The notes under the pieces are model-generated. The model worked only from the letters and a program-made list of their open reading frames with translations, ran no database searches and was not told where the DNA came from. Below are positions 1-10,388 of a stretch of DNA of 64,000 nucleotides, in pieces (position 1 is the stretch's first letter; each line of letters opens with the position of its first letter). The translations under genes were made by a program, and so were the position numbers. The stretch is from Spirochaetaceae bacterium. Its GTDB lineage: Bacteria; Spirochaetota; Spirochaetia; Treponematales; Treponemataceae. Location: NCBI GenBank assembly GCA_017936345.1, contig JAGBFT010000032.1, positions 4,315-68,314 on the forward strand, in the 5' to 3' direction.

Positions 1-454
1 AGGTAAATTCAACTCCCGTAAGGAGGGAATCCAAGCTATCAAAGCCAGACTTTGACTCTTCTCCGGTGTGAAATTCAAAAAGAACCTCCACGGTTTTATC
101 CATATTTGCCGCTTGTTTTTCAATTTCCTCCAGAAGCTCTATTCTATCTACAGATTGAATACAGGAGGCACAGGAAATAGCCTTTTTTACCTTATTGCGT
201 TGAAGGGAACCAATAATGTGAAGCTGCACTTCAGGTGCATGCACTCTTACCTGCTGAAATTTTTCTACCGCTTCCTGAACACGATTTTCCCCAAAAAGCA
301 AGTGGCCACTTTCCACCGCTTCCAAAACAGCTTGGGCAGGATGAAATTTACTTACTGCCACCAAGGACACAGAATTTTCACCCCTGCCAGCCCTTGCTTC
401 CGCCTCTCGGATTGAGTCTAAAACCTGATGCAATCGACTTGAAATTTCGCTCAT
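1..454 (-). CDS. yggS: YggS/PLPBP family pyridoxal-phosphate homeostasis protein (partial, runs off the window start; absent from the ORF track)
   Basis: Manual translation from ATG 454: MSEISSRLHQVLDSIREAEARAGRGENSVSLVAVSKFHP...LFGENRVQEA; VAVSK and FGENRVQE motifs; ATGA overlap with the rsmA stop. Confidence 0.9.
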   Translation of the reverse strand, partial: MSEISSRLHQVLDSIREAEARAGRGENSVSLVAVSKFHPAQAVLEAVESGHLLFGENRVQEAVEKFQQVRVHAPEVQLHIIGSLQRNKVKKAISCASCIQSVDRIELLEEIEKQAANMDKTVEVLFEFHTGEESKSGFDSLDSLLTGVEFT

Positions 455-1383
455 AACTTCACTATATAAGAATTGCTTATGTCCGACAAGTAAAGAAGGG
501 TTTCCAAGGAAAGCTCTTCTGCCCTAGACTGAGGATTAATTCCTGCTTTCTCTAAAACTTCTGTAGCCCGTTCTCCCATACCATAAAAAACTGTAAGGTT
601 ATTTTTTATGGTTTTTCTTCGAGAGGCAAATAGCCCGCGTAATAATTTCATAAAATGGCGTGGATTTTGGCAGCAAGGAAAATCCTCCTTTAATTCCATT
701 ACCACTGCCCGAGAATCCACGTTTGGACGGGGCCAAAAGCTGCCCCCTCCCAAATCAAGCAGGGGGGTAACCTTATAAGCCCAGCTACAAAGGATTGAAA
801 ACGAAGAATAATCCTTGCTGCCTACCGTTGCACACATTCTTTGGGCAACCTCTTTTTGAACGGTTACAACAGCCCGAGGAAACCGAACTCCTTCAGAAAT
901 CATATCCGCAATAATGGTGGCGGCCACGTTATAAGGGAGATTTCCAAAAAAACGCTGTGGAATACAAAGGGAAATCGATTCTTTTTTTTGGTTTTCTTCC
1001 CCCTCTCCTTTGCCCTCGTGTTTTTTTGCCTCCTCCTCTGCGTAGGGCTTCCATGTTTTAAGAACGTCTCCTAAAACAAGATTAAACCTACCCTTAGCAT
1101 GATATTCTTCAAAAAAATCACTGACACAGGCGGCAAACCCACGGTCAATTTCAAAGGCAGTAACAGAAGCTCCACGAGAAAGAATTTCATCAGTCATGGC
1201 ACCAAGACCAGGCCCTACCTCCCAGACAGTGGTGGAATCATCCACCTGCAGGGCATCAACAAGACGACGACGTACCATAGGATTGATGAGAAAATTTTGG
1301 CCGAACTTTTTTTGCATGGCCATGCCCTGCTGTTCTAAAAAAGACCTCAGAGAGGCAGGTGAATCGTAGTCAGGCTTTTTCAT
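451..1383 (-). CDS. rsmA: 16S rRNA m6,6A dimethyltransferase RsmA/KsgA
   Basis: KKFGQNFL, EVGPGLG, FEIDRG, GNLPYN, FWPRPNVDS, RRKT motifs; start moved to ATG 1383 (ATGA overlap with comEC stop). Confidence 0.95.
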   Translation of the reverse strand: MKKPDYDSPASLRSFLEQQGMAMQKKFGQNFLINPMVRRRLVDALQVDDSTTVWEVGPGLGAMTDEILSRGASVTAFEIDRGFAACVSDFFEEYHAKGRFNLVLGDVLKTWKPYAEEEAKKHEGKGEGEENQKKESISLCIPQRFFGNLPYNVAATIIADMISEGVRFPRAVVTVQKEVAQRMCATVGSKDYSSFSILCSWAYKVTPLLDLGGGSFWPRPNVDSRAVVMELKEDFPCCQNPRHFMKLLRGLFASRRKTIKNNLTVFYGMGERATEVLEKAGINPQSRAEELSLETLLYLSDISNSYIVKL

Positions 1384-2693
1384 GGTAACTCCAAGGCAGG
1401 AATTTTGGCGAAAATCTTCACCGGAATTATTGTGCAATTATACAACAGATTTACCAGATGTCCAAGAGGTTCCCCCAGGGGAGCCCACAGCAAGGAAAGA
1501 ATAATGGACACTACTCCCACCGTCATAAATAGTGAGACAAGGGGTGATACTACTACAGAGGCAACAATTCCTCCTGGCATCATGGTTCCAAGTGAAAACA
1601 AGGTAAGGGGACTTGAAAAAATCTGGGCTCCCACAGATGCACTCACAGAAGTTGCCACTGGAGCCGGCAAAAAACTATGTGTCAAGGAATCAAAAAATGG
1701 GCCCAATAGTAAAATTCCTGCAAGGGCTAAGTACGACAATTGAAAGGATAGTTGAAAAATATCAGTTGGTATAATTGCAATATGAATAAAAAAGCACAGG
1801 GCAAGTATACGGATTGTGGGAGCCCTTACACCGAACAGCCCTGTAGCCATTCCCAAAAGGCTACAAATAGTGGCACGCAATAAGGAAGGCGTAAAACCTG
1901 CAAACCAAACAAAAAGAATAATTGCAAGCAAGGATAAAATGGTTGAAAGACGGCGGCCACTCCTTTGAAAAGCTGCTGATACTAAACCTGCAAAAAAGGA
2001 CAGGTGCATACCAGACAGGGCCAGAACATGGGCTAGTCCAGCGGAGCGAAAATCATCCTTTACCGCCGAGTCCGTGTATTCACCAGAACCACATAAAAGT
2101 GCCACCAAAAGGCCGCCAGCATCCCCCCAGCCATACATGAGACGCTTAAACTGGAGCCGACATAAACCACGAAACTCCTGTACCCTGCCCCAAAAATTTT
2201 TTGGATAACCCAGCACATTGCAGTTTGTGGCATAAAAAATCGGCTCCCCTTCTTGGCTTGAATTAGTTCTTCCAGAAAGATGAACATATGCCCCCTGTTC
2301 TATCAAGCCTGTAGAAAACCCAATGGCCGCAGAATAAAGTTTTCCCGGATAATGAGCCTCTATAATTGAAGACGGAATATATACCGAAACCTTGCCAGAA
2401 GCTTGAAAGGTGGCCAAAGCCTCTCCCCTGTCCCCTGATGAGCTGACAGCACCTGCCACTTGCTGAAGTTTAACAGTACAACGATAAAATTGTCCGCTAC
2501 CAGTCTTAACTGGATTGGAAACAACTTGACACTGAAGGGCTTGAACCTGTTCTGGGGAGAGAAGACTGAGATAGGGCTCCCGATTTGCTACAGGTACAAG
2601 CCTGGAATACAACAACACAGCCATAAAAATGGCTGTAATTGTGATACAATTCTGCTGAAAAAAAAGAAGTACTTGTTTCCTATACCTTACCAC
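1380..2693 (-). CDS. comEC: ComEC/Rec2 family competence membrane protein
   Basis: AGLAHVLALSGMHL, PSLLRA, SFQLSY motifs; multiple TM segments. Confidence 0.9.
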   Translation of the reverse strand: MVRYRKQVLLFFQQNCITITAIFMAVLLYSRLVPVANREPYLSLLSPEQVQALQCQVVSNPVKTGSGQFYRCTVKLQQVAGAVSSSGDRGEALATFQASGKVSVYIPSSIIEAHYPGKLYSAAIGFSTGLIEQGAYVHLSGRTNSSQEGEPIFYATNCNVLGYPKNFWGRVQEFRGLCRLQFKRLMYGWGDAGGLLVALLCGSGEYTDSAVKDDFRSAGLAHVLALSGMHLSFFAGLVSAAFQRSGRRLSTILSLLAIILFVWFAGFTPSLLRATICSLLGMATGLFGVRAPTIRILALCFFIHIAIIPTDIFQLSFQLSYLALAGILLLGPFFDSLTHSFLPAPVATSVSASVGAQIFSSPLTLFSLGTMMPGGIVASVVVSPLVSLFMTVGVVSIILSLLWAPLGEPLGHLVNLLYNCTIIPVKIFAKIPALELP

Positions 2694-3889
2694 TTTAATC
2701 CTGCCAGTGCGGTACGGGCAGCTGTAGTGATTGCTTCTGGATATGGTAGATAGGTAACGTACAAAAGATTGTCGAATGCAGCCTTATCACCTAGTGCCCC
2801 CAAAGAATTAATCACTGCCAAAAGAACCTCTTCGTTTACAGAGGCAGGCTCTTGGGCAGCGGCCAAATTGAGGACTCCAAGGTGATTTATAAGGGCAGAA
2901 ACTGAGTGGCTTGTGGCCAAACCTTCCATGCAGGAGACAATACCCAGAAATTGCTCCTGGGTGATAAGCTCTTCACTGAACTGAGTCTGTGCTATCAGGT
3001 AATAGTCAGCTACCGTTGCCGCTGCCCTTGTCCAATCAGCATCAGCAATTTGTTGAACCGCTGCCAACTGAAGGGAAATAGTGGAAGAATCAGTCTGGGA
3101 AACGTCCTCTACATTTATTATAGTAGTGGACAGAGCTTTTTCGGCCATTTCTGCCTTAAATAAGGGAGAAATTTGTTCATTTTTTTGTACCAGCAAAAAA
3201 AGTCGGTACTTTTCTAAGGAAGAATAAGTATTCTGACTAATGTGACGTAACAAGGTAGTTTGGGAGCTAGGAATGACGGCACAAAGGGCATCTTCTATAG
3301 CTTGACTAAGTTCCGGGCTTGTTCCAGAGTTCATAAGCCGGAAGAGAAGCTCAAAGGAACTAGGATCCGCCATCCTGCCTAACAAGCTAATTGCTGCAAC
3401 TGATGTAGATGAATCTTCTGCATTTGTGGCAACAGATTCCGCCACAAAGGTGTGAAGCCCCTCAAGATAGGGAGAAACCAGCCGTTTGTTGCTATCTACA
3501 GTGGCAGTCATAGCATCAAGGACAGCCACCCTTACCTGACTATCATCAAAAAGGGTAAAAATATTCCACAGCAGGGCCCCCTGGCGCTGAGTTCTAACCT
3601 GCATCAAGGGCACCGCCGCTACAGTCAACTCCTTCATACCAGAGCCTGTACCAATGAGGGGAACTGTTTCCTGAACAAATTCAAGGGCTTCTTCCGGAAT
3701 GGAAGCCACCAGTTCAGGTGAATTTGGGGAAATAGTTAAATTTTCTAAAAGAGTCGTTTTATCTTCCACAGAACCAGTTACAAAATCAATGTACTGCTGT
3801 GGAGCGGAAGTAGCAGAAATATTACAGCAGAGACTTGTAATGATTGTAAAGGTCACAAGACCCTTTTGTACATTTAATTTCCGTTTCAT
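2687..3889 (-). CDS. Exported HEAT-repeat protein
   Basis: N-terminal signal-like segment; helical repeats (AAISLLGRMAD, AVINSLGALGDKAAFDNL). Confidence 0.65.
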   Translation of the reverse strand: MKRKLNVQKGLVTFTIITSLCCNISATSAPQQYIDFVTGSVEDKTTLLENLTISPNSPELVASIPEEALEFVQETVPLIGTGSGMKELTVAAVPLMQVRTQRQGALLWNIFTLFDDSQVRVAVLDAMTATVDSNKRLVSPYLEGLHTFVAESVATNAEDSSTSVAAISLLGRMADPSSFELLFRLMNSGTSPELSQAIEDALCAVIPSSQTTLLRHISQNTYSSLEKYRLFLLVQKNEQISPLFKAEMAEKALSTTIINVEDVSQTDSSTISLQLAAVQQIADADWTRAAATVADYYLIAQTQFSEELITQEQFLGIVSCMEGLATSHSVSALINHLGVLNLAAAQEPASVNEEVLLAVINSLGALGDKAAFDNLLYVTYLPYPEAITTAARTALAGLKW

Positions 3890-4007
3890 GGAGCAATTCC
3901 TCCTTCTGCATATAAAACACAGATACCCGCAGATTGTATCACATTATTTGTTTAAAACTCAATACAACGATATGGAACAAGACCCCTCGTTGATGTAGAA
4001 TAAGAAA

Positions 4008-4722
4008 ATGGATAGAGTTTCAATTCCCCACTCTTCATTTCTGTACCTTGAGCTTTTATTTTTAGGGGCCTTAATTTTTTCCCCCTTGATGGAGTCTGTG
4101 AGGGTACTGAGCAATTTGAATTTTAATCCGCAGCAAGAATATACAGAAATCATTACGGGAGCAGTCAGCCCTTCTGTTTTTTCCACCATAATTCAGGCAA
4201 TCATTTCCTTGGGAATGTATTTGCAATTCAGGACTGAGAAAAAAAGAAAATCTCAGTTTTTTCTTCCCCTTGTTTTTTTTGCTGGTCTTCTTGGTAACAA
4301 ATAGTTTTTTTTGGAATTGGATTGCCCAAAATCAAGGTGCAGAGACTTTTCAACTACAAGAAATTAAAATTCAAAATTTATTTCTAATGATTGTTGCAAC
4401 TTCTTTTGCGGCCTTTTACGAAGAAATAGTTTACCGATGGTCTGGTCCAAAGATTCTGTGTCTTATTTTGTCGAAAAAAAATCAAAAGGATGGAGCTGAG
4501 CTTGAGAAAAGAGGCTTGCCGATAAAATGCATCTTCCTGGAGGCTCCCATGATAATTATTTTTGGACTGTCCCATGGATACGGCGGATGGATGGCAGTAG
4601 GAAATGCCCTCGTTGCAGGCACGGCCCTGCGTCTTTGTACCATAAGGACAGAAAGCCCCTTCCCGAGCTTTTTTGCCCATCTCACCTATAATTTCATCCA
4701 GTTTTTCTTGTTGTTGCAATAA
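4008..4722 (+). pseudogene. CPBP (CAAX/Abi) intramembrane metalloprotease, split by a +1 frameshift
   Basis: ORFs 4008-4304 and 4270-4722 join if one T is removed from the T8 tract at 4273-4280; the distal part has YEEIVYR, FGLSH and AHLTYN motifs. Confidence 0.7.
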
Positions 4723-4724
4723 GA

Positions 4725-5750
4725 CTACCGGGCTAGTTCCCGTAGATTGTTCCAGGTCCAGGGGCTTATTTCAAATCCATAGTTAAGCCGGCTTATTTCA
4801 AATCCATAGTTAAGCCGGCTTATTTCAAATCCATAGTTGAGAGCGCTTGTTTTATATTCTGGAATAAGATAATAGCTTGAAACACCCTGGTCTACTTGGG
4901 AATATGCCCCCTGATATATCCGTAGAATACATCTTGAGCCAAAACCTGTATCCACAGTAATTTCTCCCACTAAAGGTTGTCCTTCTGCTCTGGAAGGTAA
5001 AATCAAAGAGCCACCACGAAGACCAAGCAATCGACTTGTCTTGAAGGAAAAATCCTCTTCCGCAGGAGAAAAAATCTTTTTCTCCGGTTCAGATTCATCA
5101 AAGAATTTCATGGTTAAACCCTGCACTAGATTTTCACTGGTAATTCCCAGTAGCGGTAAAGAAACCAGGGACATATCCGCCCAGCTTTTTCCGCTGGTAG
5201 AAAGCCAAGGATAAAATTGGTCTTGTGTCTGATAAATAGGTGAATCGGGAGTTTTAAGATACACACGGTGGCCACTGTAGTTTTTATCCCCAAAGGTAAC
5301 CTGAGAAACAGTGGAGCCATCATTTAATGACAAACTGACCGTGTAGCCAGACTCCCCGTCCAATCCAAAGCTAGCAAGGGTATCCTTGTCCTGTTTTTGA
5401 GAAATAAGACTGAGAGGCCGCACCTGTTCCATTGCAACAATAAATTCTCTTATTGTAGTGGAATCCACTGGAAAAACCAAAGATTGGGACCCGACTTGTC
5501 CATCCAAGCTTTGAGTCAGCCCCTCACTGCCAAGCCAAAGACTGCCTGTCTCATTTCTTTGTAGAAAAATACTTTTACCGTTATGGGAAATCTCAACATG
5601 GGCAAGGTTGCTGGAATATTTGCTATTTGAAAGGGCTGTATCTATGGTTTCTCCCGATAGGGATTTTTTTCCCATAAAGGCAAGGAAACAAAAAAACAGA
5701 AGCATGCCGCACACCATGGAAAGAATGGCATTGTATTGTTTTTCACTCAC
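4725..5750 (-). CDS. DUF4340-like membrane-anchored protein of a Gld-type ABC operon
   Basis: Single N-terminal TM, FGLD motif, last gene after GldF/GldG-like genes; GTG start 5750 with AAGGAG SD. Confidence 0.6.
   Translation of the reverse strand: MSEKQYNAILSMVCGMLLFFCFLAFMGKKSLSGETIDTALSNSKYSSNLAHVEISHNGKSIFLQRNETGSLWLGSEGLTQSLDGQVGSQSLVFPVDSTTIREFIVAMEQVRPLSLISQKQDKDTLASFGLDGESGYTVSLSLNDGSTVSQVTFGDKNYSGHRVYLKTPDSPIYQTQDQFYPWLSTSGKSWADMSLVSLPLLGITSENLVQGLTMKFFDESEPEKKIFSPAEEDFSFKTSRLLGLRGGSLILPSRAEGQPLVGEITVDTGFGSRCILRIYQGAYSQVDQGVSSYYLIPEYKTSALNYGFEISRLNYGFEISRLNYGFEISPWTWNNLRELAR
4763..4838. repeat. 27-bp in-frame tandem repeat, ~2.8 copies (LNYGFEISR)
   Basis: GGCTTATTTCAAATCCATAGTTAAGCC at 4763 and 4790, partial copy at 4817. 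Confidence 0.95.
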
Positions 5751-7305
5751 GGGAGGACTCCTTTTGAGTACCAGCCTCTTTTCCAAGAGTTTTTTTTATC
5801 AACCTAAAAAAGAGTGCAACAAGAACTGGCAGAAGGGGTAAAACCACAAGGTTAACAGCCAAAACCTTTGGACGGCTGGCTTCCAGCTCACCCTGGGTCA
5901 CCTTGTGAAGACTGCGAGTCTGGGCGGCCTTGTTTTTTAGCTCCAGCAAGAATTCCTGACCAGAAAGTTGCAGCAGAGCCTTGGTAACAAAGTCTAAATT
6001 CCCAAGACTACCGGTATACTGTCTCATCAAGGTAGACAAAAAGTACTGACTTCCTACCACCAGCACTTGGCCGCCCCCTTCCAGGAATGCCATTCCCGAC
6101 AGCACATACTGGGAAGCCAGCTGTCCTGCCTGGGATGGGGTTTGGGGTATCATAAAGGGGTTTGTCACAAAGGGCAAATCCTTGCCAGGTTCTGGTGCTG
6201 CAAGCCAGGCAGAGGGTGTGGTAAACACCAGGGGTTCAGATTCTAAGCTAGTGAGGGTTAGAGGGGAAGCCCAGTAGAATTCCAAGTCAAAGGCACGGCG
6301 GGAAATGGGATGTTCTACAGTGTATTGGGGTAAGGCTTGAATCCACAAAGGATAATTTACCTGCTCATACACAGGGTTTTCATCCTCGCTTAAAAAAGTT
6401 GGCTGAAAACAAGAAATATCAAAGACCAATTCCTGTCCCACCTCTATTCCCCAGGAGGCCAATACAGGCAATAGCTTGTCTTCTGTTGGAGTCACTGTCC
6501 AATCATCGTATAAGGCGGCAGAATGGGCAGAAGTCATTACCAGGAGCTTTCCTCCCCTTTCTACAAAACGACGGATAGATTCCACTTGGTTCCCGGTCAA
6601 TTGGCTGCTTCCAAAAAGCATAAGGGGTATCTTTTGTCCCTCACCGGCTGCAAGCTCCTCTTCCAGCAAGATAAATTCCTGTGGGGAAAAAACAGCGGGG
6701 AAAAAACCAGCAGCCTCTAGCCAAGGTACCACATCGCTATAATCCTCCTCTATAGAGAGGCCATTTCCGCTCATCAAAATCACCGGCCAGGAACCAACCT
6801 CTTCTACCAACATCAAAAGACGGGTGGCCATTTCATATTCAAGACTTTCTGCCCTTTGGGCAAAGGGAATGATAGCCACTTGATCCAAATATTCCAATAC
6901 AACAGCTGAATACACCGTTACCAGTTGAGTGCTGTTTCCCTTGGTAGATTGAATTTGCTGGGGAAAGATTCCCTGTTGCAAAAGAGAGGTTTCAAAACCT
7001 TCTTTTACAGGGTCCTTGACCTCCACCTGAACATGGGAACTATCCAGTGCATAAAGGCGAAGAAAATCCTTTACATCCCTTACGTAAGGATTGAGTTCCT
7101 CCAATTCGCTGGACAAATAATAGGTAATTCGTAGAGGTTCTGTTAAAGAGCCCAGTAATTGCTGACTCATGGAGCTGAGAGAAAATCGCTTGTCCTCCGT
7201 AATATCCCATCTAAAATACCAAAGACTAGAAAGAAGTAAAATCAAAATACCAATGAGACACCAAAGAAGACGGGACAAGGTTCTACCTGCAGCAGAAGTT
7301 TTCAT
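5743..7305 (-). CDS. GldG-like ABC transporter auxiliary component
   Basis: RWDITEDKRFSLS N-terminal motif, FVERGGKLLV, C-terminal TM. Confidence 0.85.
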   Translation of the reverse strand: MKTSAAGRTLSRLLWCLIGILILLLSSLWYFRWDITEDKRFSLSSMSQQLLGSLTEPLRITYYLSSELEELNPYVRDVKDFLRLYALDSSHVQVEVKDPVKEGFETSLLQQGIFPQQIQSTKGNSTQLVTVYSAVVLEYLDQVAIIPFAQRAESLEYEMATRLLMLVEEVGSWPVILMSGNGLSIEEDYSDVVPWLEAAGFFPAVFSPQEFILLEEELAAGEGQKIPLMLFGSSQLTGNQVESIRRFVERGGKLLVMTSAHSAALYDDWTVTPTEDKLLPVLASWGIEVGQELVFDISCFQPTFLSEDENPVYEQVNYPLWIQALPQYTVEHPISRRAFDLEFYWASPLTLTSLESEPLVFTTPSAWLAAPEPGKDLPFVTNPFMIPQTPSQAGQLASQYVLSGMAFLEGGGQVLVVGSQYFLSTLMRQYTGSLGNLDFVTKALLQLSGQEFLLELKNKAAQTRSLHKVTQGELEASRPKVLAVNLVVLPLLPVLVALFFRLIKKTLGKEAGTQKESSRE

Positions 7306-8060
7306 AGACAGCCCCTCCGCCTTGCCTTGAGAATTCCAGCTGCAATTTTAAGCAGTGCCACAGTAACTACCAGGTAAAAAACCATGTCCCGACTATCAAT
7401 AATGCCCTTTCCTGCGCTGTCAAAATGCCAGGCAAAGGATAGATTTTGGCAAAGCTGCCTGAGCCACAGGGACAGGGAAAAAAAGCGTGGAAGAAGGTGG
7501 ATACTGTTAAAAATAGCCAGGGTAACGCCAGAGAGTAGATATGCAGAAACAACTCCCGGACTTACAGAACAAAGCAGCACTCCAAGCCCACAACCAGCGG
7601 CCATAAAAAGCCCCATTCCAAAATATCCTGCCCAAAACTGAGCAAGATCCAGGCTTCCAAAGAAAGAAACGGTAATGGGAACCCCAATTCCAGGCACCAG
7701 CATAAGACAGCTACAGGTAAAGGCACCCAACCACTTGCCCACCACCAGCTGACTTTCACTTAAAGGAAGACTCTCGTCAAAAAGAAAACCACCTGCTTCC
7801 CACTGCCCCATGGTGAGGGCTGGAATTGCCAAAATTGACAAAAAGGGAATGGCAGAAAAAAAGAAATTCAAATCAGTCGTTCCAAGTCCCTGCTCAAAAA
7901 AAAGCCCGCCCAAAAAAAACTGAGCCGCACCACCTACAGTGAGCAAAACCGTTGCCAGATAAAAAGGCGATTTGGAAAGAAGGAGCTTCAATTCTTTTTT
8001 ATATAGCACAAGAACAACTTTCCACCAACAAAGAAGCCTATTCATATTCATAAATCGCAT
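7302..8060 (-). CDS. GldF-like ABC-2 permease
   Basis: KKELK, IPALTM, LPLSESQLVVGKWL, HFDSAGKGIID motifs; about six TM segments. Confidence 0.85.
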   Translation of the reverse strand: MRFMNMNRLLCWWKVVLVLYKKELKLLLSKSPFYLATVLLTVGGAAQFFLGGLFFEQGLGTTDLNFFFSAIPFLSILAIPALTMGQWEAGGFLFDESLPLSESQLVVGKWLGAFTCSCLMLVPGIGVPITVSFFGSLDLAQFWAGYFGMGLFMAAGCGLGVLLCSVSPGVVSAYLLSGVTLAIFNSIHLLPRFFSLSLWLRQLCQNLSFAWHFDSAGKGIIDSRDMVFYLVVTVALLKIAAGILKARRRGCL

Positions 8061-8216
8061 TCACTATAGCATATCCAACTAAAAAAAAACACCCTCATAC
8101 GGACCAGAAAAAAATAAATTTTTTTTTAAATTTTTTTTTCAGAATCTCAATTTTCTGTGTTATAATCAATAAACAAACAAAGTGTTTATTGACAGTTTAT
8201 ACAAAATGGAGGTTTT

Positions 8217-8777
8217 ATGAAAAGTAGGATTCGAAGTATTGTATTGATTTTGCTCTGTCTGGGTGTGACCACACCACTGCTTGCTCGAGTTTCCTTCGGT
8301 ATCTATGGAAAGGCAGGGCTGCCCCTAGGAGATTATTCAAAATTTGTGGCTGCCAATGCAGGTGGCGGAATGGGTGTGGAACTTGACCCCATATTTGTGC
8401 CAAACCTTGGTATAAGTCTCCATGCAGATTTCTACGCAGGTTTCCCAAAGGATGACCGCATCCGGTCAATCTGGGATTTCGCACTCTATGGCGGCATTTG
8501 GTATCGACTGAACTGGGGAAGCCTTGCCTTCCAACCAGAATTGAATTATGGCATTTGTATCCATAGGGTTGCCATAGAACCAGGTTGGCATGGACCAGAG
8601 GGAGCGAATGTCGATCAAATGCTGCAGCTTGCACCAGCCCTCCGTTGGACTCCTGGAAAAAAGTTCAATAACACAGCAGCCATTGATATAGCACCTTACT
8701 ATACAATGATTTTTGAGCAGACCAATCTTATTCACCAGCTGGGATTACGGATTGGATTGACCTACGCATTAAACTAA
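8217..8777 (+). CDS. Small outer-membrane beta-barrel protein
   Basis: Signal peptide, alternating amphipathic strands, C-terminal LGLRIGLTYALN; GGAGG SD. Confidence 0.65.
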   Translation: MKSRIRSIVLILLCLGVTTPLLARVSFGIYGKAGLPLGDYSKFVAANAGGGMGVELDPIFVPNLGISLHADFYAGFPKDDRIRSIWDFALYGGIWYRLNWGSLAFQPELNYGICIHRVAIEPGWHGPEGANVDQMLQLAPALRWTPGKKFNNTAAIDIAPYYTMIFEQTNLIHQLGLRIGLTYALN

Positions 8778-8793
8778 GAGCCGGAGGTATTGA

Positions 8794-10239
8794 ATGAGCA
8801 TGAAAAAAATCTTTAGGATTGTCACAACAAGCCTTGTTTGCACTGTAATTTTTGGTTTTATTGGATGCAGTGATATGCTGTCCAAGCTTGACGGTATGCA
8901 CTGGGGCACAACCTATACAGTACGCCACCTTTTGCAGGATTTAAATAGAGACAAAAACGGTGTAGAAAAAGGAAGATACACGGAAGACACTTATGAACGG
9001 GAGACCCTCCCAAACACCGTTCCCAATACCCTGACAGAGGCAAAGGCAAAGACCATTCCTGGTTTTACTCCTAGAGACTTTGAGCAGGTCATTGTTGATG
9101 GAGACGGAAGCACCACCATCGACATCTACTACGACCGTAAAGAAGTGACATTGACATTTCAAGCCAATGGAGGCTACTTTATTACAGAAAATCAAAGCGA
9201 GGAGCCTACTGAAAAACTCACTCAATTTTATGGAACCGAAGCATCCTTACCTAAGCCTCGCTATGACAAGGGGTCTTCTGATATTGAAGTCTCATTCTAT
9301 GATTTTGTACCGGTTCAGGATAATTTAAATACCTCCCCCCTCAACCCCAAAGATAGCGGCGACCGTATCAATTTTTCAGTACCAGCCACAGATGGAACCT
9401 ATCAAGCGCTCTGGGATGTTCGTGCTTCTATAGACAAGCTCGTTGGAAACAACATTCAAATCCCCAGTGGCAAGCTAAACGTAACTGGAGAGGCAACATC
9501 CGGCAACCTCAAGGCCCTTGTAAGCCAAGTAAAAGCTAACAATACAAAACAGATTGAATTGAACTTGAAGGATTTGAAACCTGAGTCTGACTCACTGGTT
9601 TTTGGAGGCGGTAGTGAAGATTCTCAGTTTGCTGACAATCCAGCCCTAACAAAGGTTGAACTTCCTGCCACAGGTAAAATTGAATTAGGAAACAATGCAT
9701 TCAAGGGATGTACCAATTTGACATCCATTACAATAGGTTCAAATGTTACAGAGGTTTCAGGAAGTGCTTTTTGGGGTTGCCACAAATTGGAATTTGATGT
9801 AGATCCAAACCACCCGAATCTAATTGCTGTACAAGACAAAAAGGCACTGCTAAGAAAAGAGGGTGATAAAGCGTACACGTTAGTCTCCTATCCCTCAGCC
9901 ACTGGTACAATTGATTTGGGAAAACTTGGATATACTATAACCACCATTGGAACATTTGCCCTGGCAGGTTTACATCATGAAACTATAACATTAAGAATTC
10001 CCCCATCTGTCAAAAAAATTGAATCTTGGGGAACCAGCCAAAGTGATTATGGAAAACTCCTAACCATTATTATGGAAGGAACGACGCCTCCAGAATTACC
10101 AGGCGAAGAACAAACATTTTCAACTTTGGGAGAAAAAGTTGAGATATATGTACCGGATGACAATCTAGAAGACTATAAAAACGGGTGGGGAAATTATGTG
10201 GGTAACATTTCTCCCATGTCAGCCTACAAGCCAGAATGA
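8794..10239 (+). CDS. Surface lipoprotein with MucBP-like, InlB-B-repeat-like and BspA-type LRR domains
   Basis: Lipobox FIGC; YTVRH..AKTIPGF..IYYDR; VTLTFQANGG; LGNNAFKGCTNLTSITIGSNVTEV. Confidence 0.75.
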   Translation: MSMKKIFRIVTTSLVCTVIFGFIGCSDMLSKLDGMHWGTTYTVRHLLQDLNRDKNGVEKGRYTEDTYERETLPNTVPNTLTEAKAKTIPGFTPRDFEQVIVDGDGSTTIDIYYDRKEVTLTFQANGGYFITENQSEEPTEKLTQFYGTEASLPKPRYDKGSSDIEVSFYDFVPVQDNLNTSPLNPKDSGDRINFSVPATDGTYQALWDVRASIDKLVGNNIQIPSGKLNVTGEATSGNLKALVSQVKANNTKQIELNLKDLKPESDSLVFGGGSEDSQFADNPALTKVELPATGKIELGNNAFKGCTNLTSITIGSNVTEVSGSAFWGCHKLEFDVDPNHPNLIAVQDKKALLRKEGDKAYTLVSYPSATGTIDLGKLGYTITTIGTFALAGLHHETITLRIPPSVKKIESWGTSQSDYGKLLTIIMEGTTPPELPGEEQTFSTLGEKVEIYVPDDNLEDYKNGWGNYVGNISPMSAYKPE

Positions 10240-10278
10240 CGGGTAAAATAAAAGCCAGCCTAGAAATGAACTGTACAC

Positions 10279-10320
10279 CAACCTTGATATGTACCCCCTT
10301 TTGGGTACATATCAAGGTTG
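10279..10320. repeat. Perfect 18-bp inverted repeat between convergent genes (bidirectional terminator or element relic)
   Basis: CAACCTTGATATGTACCC-cctttt-GGGTACATATCAAGGTTG. Confidence 0.85.
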
Positions 10321-10388
10321 AAAGCAATTTCTGGGAATGTTTTTGCCTACACAAAGACAGCAGAGGGGGGCTTTACAACCTGATAAAA

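Noticed and set aside
4763-4838. CRISPR array
   Set aside because: Units are directly adjacent with no spacers and lie in frame within a CDS; no cas genes
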